From assembly GCA_965248055.1 (NCBI GenBank), contig CBDFIJ010000004.1, forward strand, positions 3,200,001-3,264,000: a stretch of DNA of 64,000 nt, written 5' to 3'. The notes below the pieces were generated by a model, which worked only from the letters and a program-made list of their open reading frames with translations, was not told where the DNA came from and did no database searches. This stretch comes from Candidatus Multivoradales bacterium (GTDB lineage Bacteria; Acidobacteriota; Thermoanaerobaculia; Multivoradales; JAHEKO01). Below are positions 28,806 through 39,374 of this stretch, piece by piece (the stretch's first letter is position 1; every line of letters starts with the position of its first letter). The position numbers were made by a program, and so were the translations under genes.

Positions 28806-29489
28806 ATGGACGCTCGGAAAAGCGACGAAGTGGAAGTTATTGCAATCGACGAAGATCAGCTCGATCTGGATGGCGCGATGGAAGAGGTGCTGGGTGCAGT
28901 GGAGGCCATCGCTCCTGAAGAAGGCAATGCGGAGCCTGAAGAGGTGGATCCTCTGGTCTCGCTAAAGGTCGAAAACCACGAACTGCGAGAACAGAGTTTG
29001 AGAGCTCTGGCCGACCTAGAAAATTATCGCAAGCGGATTGCTCGAGAGCGGGTCGAAGAGCGGCGCTATGCGGGCCAGGGGTTGTTGGCCGATTTTCTCG
29101 ACGTCAAAGACAACTTACAACGGGCACTGTCCTCCGAGGGGTCTGCCGACGATCTGAAAATTGGCGTCGAAATGACCTTGCGTCAGTTTGACCAAGTTTT
29201 AGAACGTGCCGGAGTCACTCCGGTTGAGGCAGTCGGCAAGGCTTTCGACCCGATGGTTCACGAAGCGGTGTCTCGGGTTGAGAAGGAAGGCGTCGAGGAG
29301 CCGGTGGTGCTGGAGGAAATGCAGCAAGGCTATCGAATGCACCAGCGCCTGTTGCGCCCTTCGCGGGTGTTAGTGGCGGTTCCCGTCGCCCCGATCCATC
29401 CGGAAGCGGATGAGTCGAGCGAAGGCCAATCCGAAAGCCAGTCTGAGAGCCAGCCCAGGAACCAGTCGGAGCGGCGCTCGGGTAGCTAG
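28806..29489 (+). CDS. grpE: Nucleotide exchange factor GrpE
   Basis: ADLENYRKR, DNLQRAL, FDPMVHEAV, GYRMHQRLLRPSRVLV. Confidence 0.95.
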   Translation: MDARKSDEVEVIAIDEDQLDLDGAMEEVLGAVEAIAPEEGNAEPEEVDPLVSLKVENHELREQSLRALADLENYRKRIARERVEERRYAGQGLLADFLDVKDNLQRALSSEGSADDLKIGVEMTLRQFDQVLERAGVTPVEAVGKAFDPMVHEAVSRVEKEGVEEPVVLEEMQQGYRMHQRLLRPSRVLVAVPVAPIHPEADESSEGQSESQSESQPRNQSERRSGS

Positions 29490-29500
29490 CCGAGACCCCT

Positions 29501-31312
29501 ATGTCCAGAATCGTTGGTATCGACCTGGGAACCACCAACAGTTGCTTGGCCGTGGTAGACGGCTCCGAAGCTCGGGTTGTGGTCAATCGTGAGGGCGCAC
29601 GCACCACTCCCTCTGTGGTCGGTTTTACCGACACCGGCCGCCTGGTGGGAGATGCGGCCAAACGACAAACACTGGCCAATCCACGACGGACGATCTTTGC
29701 CGTCAAACGGCTGATGGGTAGGAAGTTCGTCGATCCGGCAATCCAGGACTTCTCTGCGCGCGTGCCTTATTCGATCATCGAATTGAAAAACGGGGACGCT
29801 GGCGTCGATATTGGAGGCAAGCAGTGGAGCCCTGAAGAGATTTCGGCTCTGGTGCTACGAGAACTGAAAGACGCGGGTGAAGAGGCCCTTGACGAAGAGA
29901 TCGGCAGGGCGGTGATCACGGTGCCGGCGTACTTTGACGACGCCCAGCGGCAGGCGACGCGGGACGCTGGAGAGATCGCAGGGTTGGAAGTATTGCGCAT
30001 CATCAACGAGCCGACCGCCGCGGCGTTTGCCCATGGGATGAAAGCGGATCGAGCCACGGTCGGGGTCTACGACCTAGGCGGCGGGACCTTTGATGTTTCA
30101 ATTTTGCAGCGTGGCGAAGAGGTTTTTGAAGTGCGCTCGACGTCCGGCGATCCGTTCCTAGGTGGTGAGGATTTTGACCAACGGGTGATCGATTGGATGC
30201 TCGGTGAGATTGAGAGCGACACCGGAGCCACTGTTGGCGACGATCCGTTGATTGGCCAACGCTTGCGTGAATCGGCGGAAGCGGCCAAGTGTCAACTGTC
30301 GGTCGATAGCGAAACCGAGATTACCCTGCCGTTTCTGATCGATGACTATCACCTCAAGAGGACCTTAAGCCGGGATCAGTTTGAAGAACTGGTCGCAGAG
30401 CTGGTTGAGCGTACCCGCGAGCCCGCATTGGACGCCTTGTCGGAAGCTGGTTTGCGAGCGGATCAAATTGACGAAGTATTGTTGGTGGGTGGTCAGACCC
30501 GGACCCCTTCTGTCGTGCGTCTAGCGGCAGAGATTTTCGCTACCGAAGCCGAAGCGGGGGTCAACCCCGAAGAAGTGGTAGCGGTCGGTGCCGCGCTCCA
30601 AGGTGGAGTGCTGGTCGGGGAGATCGATGACGTGGTGTTGCTCGACGTCACGCCTTTGTCTCTTGGAGTGGAAACGCAAGGTGGTTTGTTTACCCGGGTC
30701 ATTCCCCGCAACTCAGCGATTCCGACTCGCGAAGCCAGTGTCTTTACCACCGTGCGCGACACTCAAGACCGAGTCGATATTCACGTTCTGCAGGGCGAGC
30801 GCGACATTGCGGTCAACAACCGTTCTTTGGGGAAATTCACCTTGGTGGGCATTCCGGATGCTCCCAAAGGAGTGCCGCAAGTCGAAGTGGTTTTTGCCAT
30901 CGATTCCGACGGCATTGTCAAAGTCAACGCTCGCGATCAAGTGAGTGGTGCTGAGCGGGCGCTGGAGATTGCTCCCGCCGGTGGTTTGGCCCGTGACGAT
31001 ATCCAACGCTTGGTTGAAGAGGCTGAGGAACACGCCTTGGAAGACGATCAGCGTCGAGAAGAGCGTCGCACTCGGGTGCGGCTGGAATCGTTGATCGCTA
31101 GCGCTCAAAAGTCTCTACAGGAGCACGCACCGGTGATTGGGGGCAAAATCAAGGTGGCGATCGAACAAGCGATAGAACGGGCTCAAAGTAGTTTGGTGTC
31201 TGGCGAATTCACTGCGGTGGAAGAGTCGCTCAATGAGATGTCGATGATGGCTCAGGAAGTGTCCCGCGCTTTGATTGACTCTGCGAATGAAGGAGGGACA
31301 GCCGGTGGCTAG
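29501..31312 (+). CDS. dnaK: Hsp70 chaperone DnaK
   Basis: [36 protein letters not shown]; located in the hrcA-grpE-dnaK-dnaJ operon. Confidence 0.93.
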   Translation: MSRIVGIDLGTTNSCLAVVDGSEARVVVNREGARTTPSVVGFTDTGRLVGDAAKRQTLANPRRTIFAVKRLMGRKFVDPAIQDFSARVPYSIIELKNGDAGVDIGGKQWSPEEISALVLRELKDAGEEALDEEIGRAVITVPAYFDDAQRQATRDAGEIAGLEVLRIINEPTAAAFAHGMKADRATVGVYDLGGGTFDVSILQRGEEVFEVRSTSGDPFLGGEDFDQRVIDWMLGEIESDTGATVGDDPLIGQRLRESAEAAKCQLSVDSETEITLPFLIDDYHLKRTLSRDQFEELVAELVERTREPALDALSEAGLRADQIDEVLLVGGQTRTPSVVRLAAEIFATEAEAGVNPEEVVAVGAALQGGVLVGEIDDVVLLDVTPLSLGVETQGGLFTRVIPRNSAIPTREASVFTTVRDTQDRVDIHVLQGERDIAVNNRSLGKFTLVGIPDAPKGVPQVEVVFAIDSDGIVKVNARDQVSGAERALEIAPAGGLARDDIQRLVEEAEEHALEDDQRREERRTRVRLESLIASAQKSLQEHAPVIGGKIKVAIEQAIERAQSSLVSGEFTAVEESLNEMSMMAQEVSRALIDSANEGGTAGG

Positions 31313-32414
31313 CCTGGAGTACTACGAGGTGTTGGGAGTGAAGCGCGAAGCCTCCCAACAGGAAGTCAAGTCTGCCTACCGCCGGATGGCGGTGCGTTAC
31401 CACCCCGATCGCAATCCGGACGATCCTGAAGCGGAATCAAAATTCAAGGAAGCGGCTGAGGCATATTCGGTGCTTTCCGATCCAGAGAAGCGCGCTCAGT
31501 ATGATCGTTTCGGCCATCGTGCGACCGCCAATGGCGGTGGTTTCGGCGGCTTTGATCCGGCGACCTTCGGCGATTTCGCCGACATATTGGGGGACTTATT
31601 TGGCTTTGGTTTCCAGCGTTCCGGTCGCGCTGGAGCTCGCCCGGGATCCGATTTGCGCTATCGGCTCAGCCTGACCCTGGAGGAGGCGGCTTTTGGCGTC
31701 GAGAAATCGCTGCGCATACCCCGGCTTGAGGCATGCGAAAGTTGCGCCGGTTCGGGTGCCGCCGTGGGTACCTCCAAAGTCGTCTGCTCGGCTTGCGAGG
31801 GCTACGGACAGGTGCGCATGACCCAGGGGTTCTTAACCGTGGCACGCGCGTGTCCCAAGTGTAGTGGTACCGGCGAAGTGGTTGAGGATCCCTGTCCTAA
31901 GTGCAACGGACAAGGGCGCAACGAGCAGGTGAGGACGCTCACCGTGACCGTGCCGCCGGGGGTTGATTCCGGTTCCAGAATGCGTCTTCAGGGAGAAGGA
32001 GAGCATGGCGTGCAAAACGGGCCGACCGGGGATCTGTTCGTCGAGCTGACGGTTGCCGACCACGAACGGCTGGTTCGCCATGGCAAAGATCTCTACAGCC
32101 TTGAGGAGATTTCCTACAGCCAAGCAGTGCTCGGTGCGGTGAAGTCGGTGGAAACCATTCATGGTGCTGAGGAGTTGGAGGTGCCCGAGGGCACCCGAGG
32201 GGGGAGCGAGCTTCGGATCCGCGGCAAGGGGATGCCGAGGCTGGACGGTCGCGGAACCGGGGATCACATCGTCAAGATCGAGGTCAAGATCCCCAATCCA
32301 AAATGGCTCTCGGAAGAGCAAATCGAGCTGCTGGAGAAGATGGCAGACCTGGATGGGGATGATGTCGCTGAACCAAGAGGAGTCGTTGACCGCGTCCGCG
32401 ACCTGTTCAACTGA
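31305..32414 (+). CDS. dnaJ: Chaperone DnaJ
   Basis: GTG 31305 after AGGAGG; HPD J-domain, G/F region, four CxxCxGxG repeats. Confidence 0.97.
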   Translation: MASLEYYEVLGVKREASQQEVKSAYRRMAVRYHPDRNPDDPEAESKFKEAAEAYSVLSDPEKRAQYDRFGHRATANGGGFGGFDPATFGDFADILGDLFGFGFQRSGRAGARPGSDLRYRLSLTLEEAAFGVEKSLRIPRLEACESCAGSGAAVGTSKVVCSACEGYGQVRMTQGFLTVARACPKCSGTGEVVEDPCPKCNGQGRNEQVRTLTVTVPPGVDSGSRMRLQGEGEHGVQNGPTGDLFVELTVADHERLVRHGKDLYSLEEISYSQAVLGAVKSVETIHGAEELEVPEGTRGGSELRIRGKGMPRLDGRGTGDHIVKIEVKIPNPKWLSEEQIELLEKMADLDGDDVAEPRGVVDRVRDLFN

Positions 32415-32428
32415 CCTTACAACGCTAC

Positions 32429-33268
32429 TTGGCGATCACCTTTGACGCCGCACCGGAACTTCAAGAAATCCTGGTTGCCGACGCCTGGCAAACTGGCATG
32501 CTGGGCGCCCAGGTTGATTCGACGGTCACCGACCGCATTACGGTTTTCTTTTCGGCGGACAACTCAGAGAGCTTTTCTAAGCTAGCTCTCCCCGCTGGCG
32601 CGGTCGAAGTTTCTCGCCGCTGGGTCGATGAGCAGGACTGGCTTCGTTGCTATCGAGAGTCGGTGGCGGCGATAGAGGTTGGTAACACTTGGTTGATTGA
32701 TCCTCGTGACCCGACATCAGACCAGACAACCGCTGACTTTGCAGAACGCCGACGGATTCGGGTACCGGCGAGAAGGGCTTTCGGCACCGGAGGCCATGAG
32801 AGCACGCGCCTCACCTTGAGGCTTATGGAGGGAGTGCAAGTAGAGGGACGGCGAGTCCTCGACTTTGGCTACGGCTCCGGCGTATTGAGCTTCGCCGCAC
32901 TCCACGCCGGTGCCCGGCTTTGCGTCGGACTGGAGTCCGACCCCAGCGCCGGACTTGTGGGGGCGCAAAACCGGAGCCTCAACACCCAAGTGGCTGCACC
33001 GGCTCTGGTAGTTGCCACCGCCACCGCATTGAGAGCGCGGCGTTGGATCGACCTACTCTTGGTCAACGTTCGACCGGAACATTGGCTTGCCCACCTGCCG
33101 CAGCTATCGGATCGGCTCGCCGACAACGCTGAGATTCTCTGCTCGGGGTTTCTGTCAGACGAGTTGGCGCCGTTGATCGAGCGCTTGGGGTCGTGTGGTT
33201 GGGCAGTGGAGCAGTCGATGGTGGAAAATGAATGGATGGCAGTCAGACTTTATTCTGGAGCATCATGA
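32429..33268 (+). CDS. prmA: Ribosomal protein L11 methyltransferase
   Basis: AFGTGGHEST, VLDFGYGSGVLS, ENEW; follows dnaJ. Start uncertain. Confidence 0.88.
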   Translation: MAITFDAAPELQEILVADAWQTGMLGAQVDSTVTDRITVFFSADNSESFSKLALPAGAVEVSRRWVDEQDWLRCYRESVAAIEVGNTWLIDPRDPTSDQTTADFAERRRIRVPARRAFGTGGHESTRLTLRLMEGVQVEGRRVLDFGYGSGVLSFAALHAGARLCVGLESDPSAGLVGAQNRSLNTQVAAPALVVATATALRARRWIDLLLVNVRPEHWLAHLPQLSDRLADNAEILCSGFLSDELAPLIERLGSCGWAVEQSMVENEWMAVRLYSGAS

Positions 33269-33966
33269 AGGCTACGGTACTGGTTACATCTGAAGAAATC
33301 AGCCAGGACTTGGTGGTCTTGGATGGCCGAGCGTATCGTCATCTATTCCGCGCCCGCCGGGCGTCGCCAGAGAGCCAATTTCGCTTGACCGACGGCCAGG
33401 GGTCGGTTCGCGCCGCAAAAGTAGCTGAGGTCGGGTCGACTTCGGCACGGTTGACTCCACTGGGAGAGATCGAACGCGTCGCTCAGCTTCCCTGGCTCAG
33501 CCTGATGGTTCCGGTCTTGAAGTCGGAGAGGACCGCTTGGATGGTTGAGAAGAGTGTTGAGCTGGGAATCAGCGAGATCCGGTTCTACAACGGACCACGG
33601 GCGCCCCGACAGCTGACCGGAGCGGCTGTCACGCGCTTGGAGCGCGTGGCTGCCTCTGCCTTGATCCAGAGTCACGGCAGTTGGCTTCCTCGCATCATGC
33701 CACCCGAGACACTAGAGCGGACGATCGAGAAAATCCCATACAACGCTGCGCGTTTGATGTGTGACGTGGGGGGGGAACCTTCCAAGCCGCGACCCTCATC
33801 GGCCATCTGGGCGATTGGCGCGGAAGGCGGCTGGGCCGATGAAGAGCGAAGCCTGCTGATGGAGTCGGGGTTCGTCGTGGCGGGGTTTGGTCCAACCGTG
33901 TTGCGTGCCGAGACTTGCGCCCTTGTGGCGGTCATTTGCAGCCGTATCTGTGGGCAGATCGATTGA
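33265..33966 (+). CDS. rsmE: 16S rRNA m3U1498 methyltransferase
   Basis: EKSVELG, IGAEGGW, VLRAET SPOUT motifs; ATGA overlap with prmA. Confidence 0.9.
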   Translation: MKATVLVTSEEISQDLVVLDGRAYRHLFRARRASPESQFRLTDGQGSVRAAKVAEVGSTSARLTPLGEIERVAQLPWLSLMVPVLKSERTAWMVEKSVELGISEIRFYNGPRAPRQLTGAAVTRLERVAASALIQSHGSWLPRIMPPETLERTIEKIPYNAARLMCDVGGEPSKPRPSSAIWAIGAEGGWADEERSLLMESGFVVAGFGPTVLRAETCALVAVICSRICGQID

Positions 33967-33991
33967 CACTTCCAGGGGGTCGAACTAGCCT
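33963..33991 (+). promoter_or_regulatory. Sigma70-type promoter candidate for pilT
   Basis: TTGACA, 17 bp spacer, TAGCCT. Confidence 0.5.
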
Positions 33992-34136
33992 TTCTCAAAA
34001 GTGCGGGCCTTCGAAAAAAGGGGAATGTGCCTGCGGAAATACTAGCCAGGGGGCGGCGTGGAAAGTAGGCGTTTGAGCGGTGGGTTTGGACCGTCGGTCG
34101 GAAAAAGGTGATCTATCGATGAGGAGTTAGGGTTCA

Positions 34137-35267
34137 ATGCAGATCAATGATCTTCTAAGAGTCGCTGTCGAACGCAAGGCGTCGGATCTTCACCTCAAGG
34201 CGGGCAACCACCCGGTGGTGAGAATCGACGGCGATCTGGTATTTTTAGATCAGTATCCGTTGCTGACCGGGGACCTGACCACGGAGATGGCCCTGTCCCT
34301 TATGAACCCGCGGCAAAAGGAGCGATTCAAGGAGGAGTTGGGGGTCGATTTGTCCTACGCGGTGCCAGGGCTCGGGCGATTCCGTTGCAACGCCTTCCAC
34401 CAGAGGGGAACCGTGAGCATCGTTTCTCGGGTGATTCACAGCGATGTGCCGGCGCTTGACGACTTGAACCTGCCCGAAGTCGTTAAGATAATTGCTGACG
34501 AACCGCGTGGCCTAGTGCTGTGCACCGGAACCACCGGTTCCGGTAAATCGACCACCCTGGCGGCGATGATCGATTACATTAACCAGGGCCGTTCGGAGCA
34601 CATTGTCACCGTCGAAGATCCGATTGAGTTCGTACATCGAGATCGCAAGGCGGTGATCAATCAGCGTGAGATCGACGTTGATGCGATCAGCTTCAGTCAT
34701 GCATTGCGGTCGGCCATGCGGCAAGACCCTGACGTCATATTGGTCGGTGAAATGCGTGATCCAGAGACGATTGAGACAGCACTGCTGGCGGCGGAAACCG
34801 GCCATTTGGTGCTGTCGACGCTGCATACTTTGGACGCCGCGGAGACGGTGCATCGCATTGTCACGATGTTTCCCATTGAGCAGCATCAACAGATCCGCAT
34901 TCAATTGGCGCAGGTTCTTCGGGCGGTGATCTCGATGCGGCTGATCCCCAAAGCCAGTGGTAAGGGGCGGGTCCCGGCGGTCGAGGTCATGAGGGCAACC
35001 CCGTACATTCGGGAATGCATTGAAAACCCGGGAAAAACCAAGTTCATTAGTGACCAGATCGCGCGCGGCACCAGCCAGTACCATATGCAAACCTTCGACC
35101 AGTCCCTGCATCAGCTGTATGAAGACGACCACATCACCCTGGAAGAAGCCCTGCGCAGGGCCAGCAACGCTGACGAATTCCGGCTGCGCCTGCAGGGAGT
35201 TCAGTCGACCGCGGATATGGCTTTGGAAGAAATGGAAGAGACCCTGGGAGGGGTCGAACCGATCTAG
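34137..35267 (+). CDS. pilT: Type IV pilus retraction ATPase PilT/PilU family
   Basis: ASDLHL, GTTGSGKST, EDPIE, RQDPDVILVGEMRD, TGHLVLSTLH, MQTFDQSL. Confidence 0.93.
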   Translation: MQINDLLRVAVERKASDLHLKAGNHPVVRIDGDLVFLDQYPLLTGDLTTEMALSLMNPRQKERFKEELGVDLSYAVPGLGRFRCNAFHQRGTVSIVSRVIHSDVPALDDLNLPEVVKIIADEPRGLVLCTGTTGSGKSTTLAAMIDYINQGRSEHIVTVEDPIEFVHRDRKAVINQREIDVDAISFSHALRSAMRQDPDVILVGEMRDPETIETALLAAETGHLVLSTLHTLDAAETVHRIVTMFPIEQHQQIRIQLAQVLRAVISMRLIPKASGKGRVPAVEVMRATPYIRECIENPGKTKFISDQIARGTSQYHMQTFDQSLHQLYEDDHITLEEALRRASNADEFRLRLQGVQSTADMALEEMEETLGGVEPI

Positions 35268-35354
35268 ACTTGGAACGATCGCTCGGCGCCAATTGGCCTT
35301 TCGCCGCGCCTGCAGGCGGGTCGAGGCCGACGCGGCGCGTGGCCGACCAACAGC

Positions 35355-35795
35355 ATGATTGAGAACCCCCAAGATCCCGCCGAGTGTCGAAACCGAGCGC
35401 TGCGTCTGTTGAGTTTGCGCACCCATTTTTCCGCTGAGTTGCGACGCAAGCTATCGACCCGAGGGTTCGAAGAGGCGACCATCGAATCGGTGTTAGAGCG
35501 CTTGACGCAAGAGAAATGGCTAGATGACTACGCGGCCGGGCTCGAGTTCGTCGAAGCCAAGTTGCGACGCAAAGCGATGGGGCGGTTTGGCGTCTTGGCG
35601 GAGTTGTCTCGCCGCGGCGTGGAACGGGACTTGGCTGACAAGATCGTCGCCAATTCCTACCCAGACGATGAAATGGAAATGATCCGGCGGGCGGTGTCTG
35701 CCGCCCCAACGGGCAAGCCCGAAGCGCTCGCTCGGCGTTTGCAGCGGTTGGGCTTTAGCCCATCAGCAATTCGTTCGGTGCTCGCGCAAGCGTAG
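35355..35795 (+). CDS. recX: Regulatory protein RecX
   Basis: ALRLLSLR...ELRRKL, WLDD, ELSRRGV, LQRLGF; upstream of alaS. Confidence 0.85.
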   Translation: MIENPQDPAECRNRALRLLSLRTHFSAELRRKLSTRGFEEATIESVLERLTQEKWLDDYAAGLEFVEAKLRRKAMGRFGVLAELSRRGVERDLADKIVANSYPDDEMEMIRRAVSAAPTGKPEALARRLQRLGFSPSAIRSVLAQA

Positions 35796-35961
35796 GGGCG
35801 CCCTTCACGGGGCCTGAAACTGGCCACACAATGCTGTCTTAATGATAATCAACAAACCGGTGAGAACGACCGGTCGTTTGGCGGTGGTAGGGCCAGCCAA
35901 TGGTATCGTCTCGACCCCAGATATGGGCTGACGCTACCCTGAACGACGAGCGATCAATTCG

Positions 35962-38667
35962 ATGAATAGCAGCGCAATTCGCACATCATTTCGTGAGTTT
36001 TTTGAGACTCGTGGGCATCGTGGCGTTTCGAGTTCGCCGCTGGTACCCCATGGCGATCCAACGTTGATGTTTACCAACGCCGGGATGGTGCAGTTCAAGG
36101 ATATTTTTCTCGGGACTGCGACTCCTCCCGCCGCTAGAGCGGTCACGGTGCAAAAATGTCTGCGCGTTTCGGGAAAGCACAACGACCTTGAAAACGTCGG
36201 CCCGAGCCCTCGTCACCATACCTTCTTCGAGATGCTGGGAAACTTCTCGTTTGGCGACTACTTCAAAGAAGAAGCGATTCGCTTCGCTTGGGACCTAGTC
36301 ACAGAAGTTTGGCAGATCCCGGAGCAGCGTTTGTTCGCCACCGTATTTGAGCAGGACGACGAAGCCCACGGGTTGTGGCAGAAAATCTCGACTCTGCCCG
36401 ACAGCAAGGTTTTGCGTTGTGGAGAGAAGGACAATTTCTGGGCTATGGGCGACACCGGCCCCTGTGGACCGTGCAGCGAGATCTTTGTCGACACCGATCC
36501 TGACGCGCCCGCGGTCGATTTCCTGACCGGATCGGACAATGGTCGCTACTTGGAAATCTGGAACTTGGTTTTCATGCAGTATGACCGCTCTGTTAAAGGA
36601 GACCTGCGGCCTCTGCCCAATCCTTCGATCGACACCGGGGCCGGGCTGGAAAGACTGAGTGCGGTACTCCAGGGGGTGCAGTCGAACTATGACAGTGACT
36701 TGTTTCAACCGATCCTCAAGGCGGCTGCGGCGTTGGCCGACACGCACTACGGAGCGGATCCAAAACAAGACCTTTCGTTGCGCGTGGTCGCTGACCACCT
36801 GCGGGCCGTGACCTTCTTGCTTTCCGATGGCGTGGTCCCAGCGAGTGAGGGGCGTGGCTATGTTCTACGGCGAATTTTGCGCAGAGCGGTGCGCCACGGC
36901 ATGACCCTCGGTTTCGAAGAACCGTTTCTACACCGTTTGATTCCGGTGGTGGATCAGATTGCCAGCGCGGAATACCCGGACCTGCTCAAAACCGAATCTG
37001 GTTCGATGGCTACGGTTGAGGCGGAGGAAAAGAAGTTCTTGACCACCTTGGCGGTCGGCTCTCGACAGGTGCAACATTCAATCGACGAGGTAAAAGAACG
37101 TGGTGAAAGCGTAGTTCCTGGCCGGGACGTCTTTCGTCTCTATGACACCTTCGGTTTACCGCTTGAAGTAATTCGTGAAATTGCCCAGGAAGAGCAAATA
37201 GGAATTGATGAAGCGGGATTTGAGACCGAGCTCTCCGGCCAACGACAACGGTCAAGGTCCGCGACCAGTAGTACCAATCAGTTGCGCCAGTCGGTGCGCG
37301 AAGTCCTGCGAGCAATCGAGAACCTGCCATCCACTCAGTTCATCGGCTATAGCCAGCTGGCGGAGTCGGCACGAGTCTTGGCTGTGATCGCTGCTGACGG
37401 AGCACAAGCTCGACCGGTGGAACGACTGGAAGCGGGGGAGTCGGGCGTGTTGGTTCTGGATGTAACTCCGTTTTATGCCCAGGCTGGAGGGCAAGTGGGG
37501 GATACCGGGTCGATCGTGGTGTCGGCGCAGGGCGCCTCTACTGGCGAGGCTCGGGTGGGCGACACAGCCCGCGAATCCAGCTGGTGGCTGCACATGGTTG
37601 AGGTGACCGACGGCTCAATCGGGCTTGGCGATCCGGTCGCGGTGCGGGTCGACGAGGCACGTCGACGTGCCGTAGAGCGGAACCATACGGCCACCCATCT
37701 ATTGCACGCTGCCCTACGCCGAGTGCTGGGCGACGGTGTTCGACAGGCGGGTTCTTTGGTTGCCCCGGATCGCTTACGCTTTGATTTCACCGCCCCGGCT
37801 GCACTCGATGAGGAGCAATTGGCCGAAGTCGAAGGGTTGGTCAATCAGTGGGTCCTGGTTGCCGGACCGACTCAGATCGAAGAAGGGCGTAGCTTGGACG
37901 AAGCGCGCACTGCTGGGGCCATGGCCTTGTTTGGCGAAAAATACGGCGACACCGTACGCACTGTCGAATTGCCGGCCCTGACCAGGATCGGTCCTGGCGA
38001 CGGCGAGTCTCTCACCAGTCTGGAACTTTGCGGTGGCTGCCACGTGCGCAATATTGGCGAAATAGGGCCCGTCGTCATCGTCTCCGAGAAAGGGGTGGCT
38101 TCTGGAGTTCGACGCATCGAGGCGTTGACCGGCACCGAGGCCTATCACTGGCAACGTCAACTGCGCACTGCGGTGGATCGAGTTTCGACGCTCCTGGGTG
38201 GGGCGTCGCCAGACAACCTAGTCGACGAGCTACAACGTTTGCAGGTGAGTCGCCGCGACTTGGAAAAAGAGATTTCCGACCTGCGCATCGGCAAACACGC
38301 TGAGGTTGATGATGACGGAATTGTTGAAGTAGCAGGAATCAAAGTCCTGTCCAGGGAGGTTCCGCCAGCCAAGGCCGGTGACTTGCGGTCCTTGGCCGAT
38401 GTATTGCGCTCCCGACTGGGGAGCGGAGTCGTTCTGTTGGCCAGCCGCGATGAAACTAAGGTGAGCTTCTTGGTCGCGGTGTCGGAGGATCTCACCGGCA
38501 GGGTAGACGCCGGTGGAATCGCACGCGGGGTCGCCGAAGTGGTCGGTGGCAAGGGCGGAGGTCGACCTGATTTCGCCCAAGCGGGGGGCCGCCAGCCGGA
38601 GAAGCTGCCCGAGGCTTTGGCCGCGGTGGCCGGTCTGGTCGAACAGCAACTGGGGGCCGATTCTTGA
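35962..38667 (+). CDS. alaS: Alanine--tRNA ligase
   Basis: FTNAGMVQFK, HHTFFEMLGNFS, HTATHLLH, ELCGGCH, GGGRPDFAQAGG. Confidence 0.98.
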   Translation: MNSSAIRTSFREFFETRGHRGVSSSPLVPHGDPTLMFTNAGMVQFKDIFLGTATPPAARAVTVQKCLRVSGKHNDLENVGPSPRHHTFFEMLGNFSFGDYFKEEAIRFAWDLVTEVWQIPEQRLFATVFEQDDEAHGLWQKISTLPDSKVLRCGEKDNFWAMGDTGPCGPCSEIFVDTDPDAPAVDFLTGSDNGRYLEIWNLVFMQYDRSVKGDLRPLPNPSIDTGAGLERLSAVLQGVQSNYDSDLFQPILKAAAALADTHYGADPKQDLSLRVVADHLRAVTFLLSDGVVPASEGRGYVLRRILRRAVRHGMTLGFEEPFLHRLIPVVDQIASAEYPDLLKTESGSMATVEAEEKKFLTTLAVGSRQVQHSIDEVKERGESVVPGRDVFRLYDTFGLPLEVIREIAQEEQIGIDEAGFETELSGQRQRSRSATSSTNQLRQSVREVLRAIENLPSTQFIGYSQLAESARVLAVIAADGAQARPVERLEAGESGVLVLDVTPFYAQAGGQVGDTGSIVVSAQGASTGEARVGDTARESSWWLHMVEVTDGSIGLGDPVAVRVDEARRRAVERNHTATHLLHAALRRVLGDGVRQAGSLVAPDRLRFDFTAPAALDEEQLAEVEGLVNQWVLVAGPTQIEEGRSLDEARTAGAMALFGEKYGDTVRTVELPALTRIGPGDGESLTSLELCGGCHVRNIGEIGPVVIVSEKGVASGVRRIEALTGTEAYHWQRQLRTAVDRVSTLLGGASPDNLVDELQRLQVSRRDLEKEISDLRIGKHAEVDDDGIVEVAGIKVLSREVPPAKAGDLRSLADVLRSRLGSGVVLLASRDETKVSFLVAVSEDLTGRVDAGGIARGVAEVVGGKGGGRPDFAQAGGRQPEKLPEALAAVAGLVEQQLGADS

Positions 38668-39374
38668 GAAAAGGGCCTATTGTTCGAGTGGTGATCCTGG
38701 CCTGGAGCGTGTTCGCGGCAGCAGCTTCGGCGCAAACCGAATGGGTCACGCGCCCCGATGGCAGCAAGCTGTTGCGCGGTAAAGGACGACCGATCAGTCG
38801 ATCGCAGCGATTGTTGGAACCCGGAGGGGACTTGCAGGAGAAAATCGACCATTACGCTCGGGCCGTCGACCTGGAGCCGAAATTGGTGCAGTCGATGATC
38901 CAGGTTGAGTCGGCGTTTGATCCTTGGGCACTGTCGCGCAAGGGAGCACAGGGGCTCTTGCAACTGATGCCGGCTACGGCGACCGACTTGGGTGTTGAGG
39001 ACCCTTTCGACGTCGATCAGAACTTACAGGCTGGAACCAGCTATCTGCGTAACATGCTCGATTTGTACAACGGTGACTTACTACTGGCCCTGGCTGCTTA
39101 TAATGCCGGTCCTCGGGCGGTTGAACGCTACGCCGGCGTGCCGCCGTTTCGTGAGACCAGAGACTACCTGCAGCGGGTGATGACACTGTTTCGCGGCGAA
39201 GCACCGGTGCTGCCTCCGAGCGGATCTCTGCGCGGTCGTCCGGCATACTTAGTGAAAGTGGATGGTCGTTGGCTGCTGACCTCGGACCGTCGGGCCGCGG
39301 CCGCTCAGCAAACGGAAACCGCGTCACCACGAAATCGACCAGAAAACGAAGCTATCGAAGCCGCCACCAACTGA
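38664..39374 (+). CDS. Lytic transglycosylase (SLT domain), secreted
   Basis: Signal peptide; QVESAF catalytic Glu, GAQGLLQLMP, AAYNAG, ETRDY. Confidence 0.9.
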   Translation: MRKGPIVRVVILAWSVFAAAASAQTEWVTRPDGSKLLRGKGRPISRSQRLLEPGGDLQEKIDHYARAVDLEPKLVQSMIQVESAFDPWALSRKGAQGLLQLMPATATDLGVEDPFDVDQNLQAGTSYLRNMLDLYNGDLLLALAAYNAGPRAVERYAGVPPFRETRDYLQRVMTLFRGEAPVLPPSGSLRGRPAYLVKVDGRWLLTSDRRAAAAQQTETASPRNRPENEAIEAATN

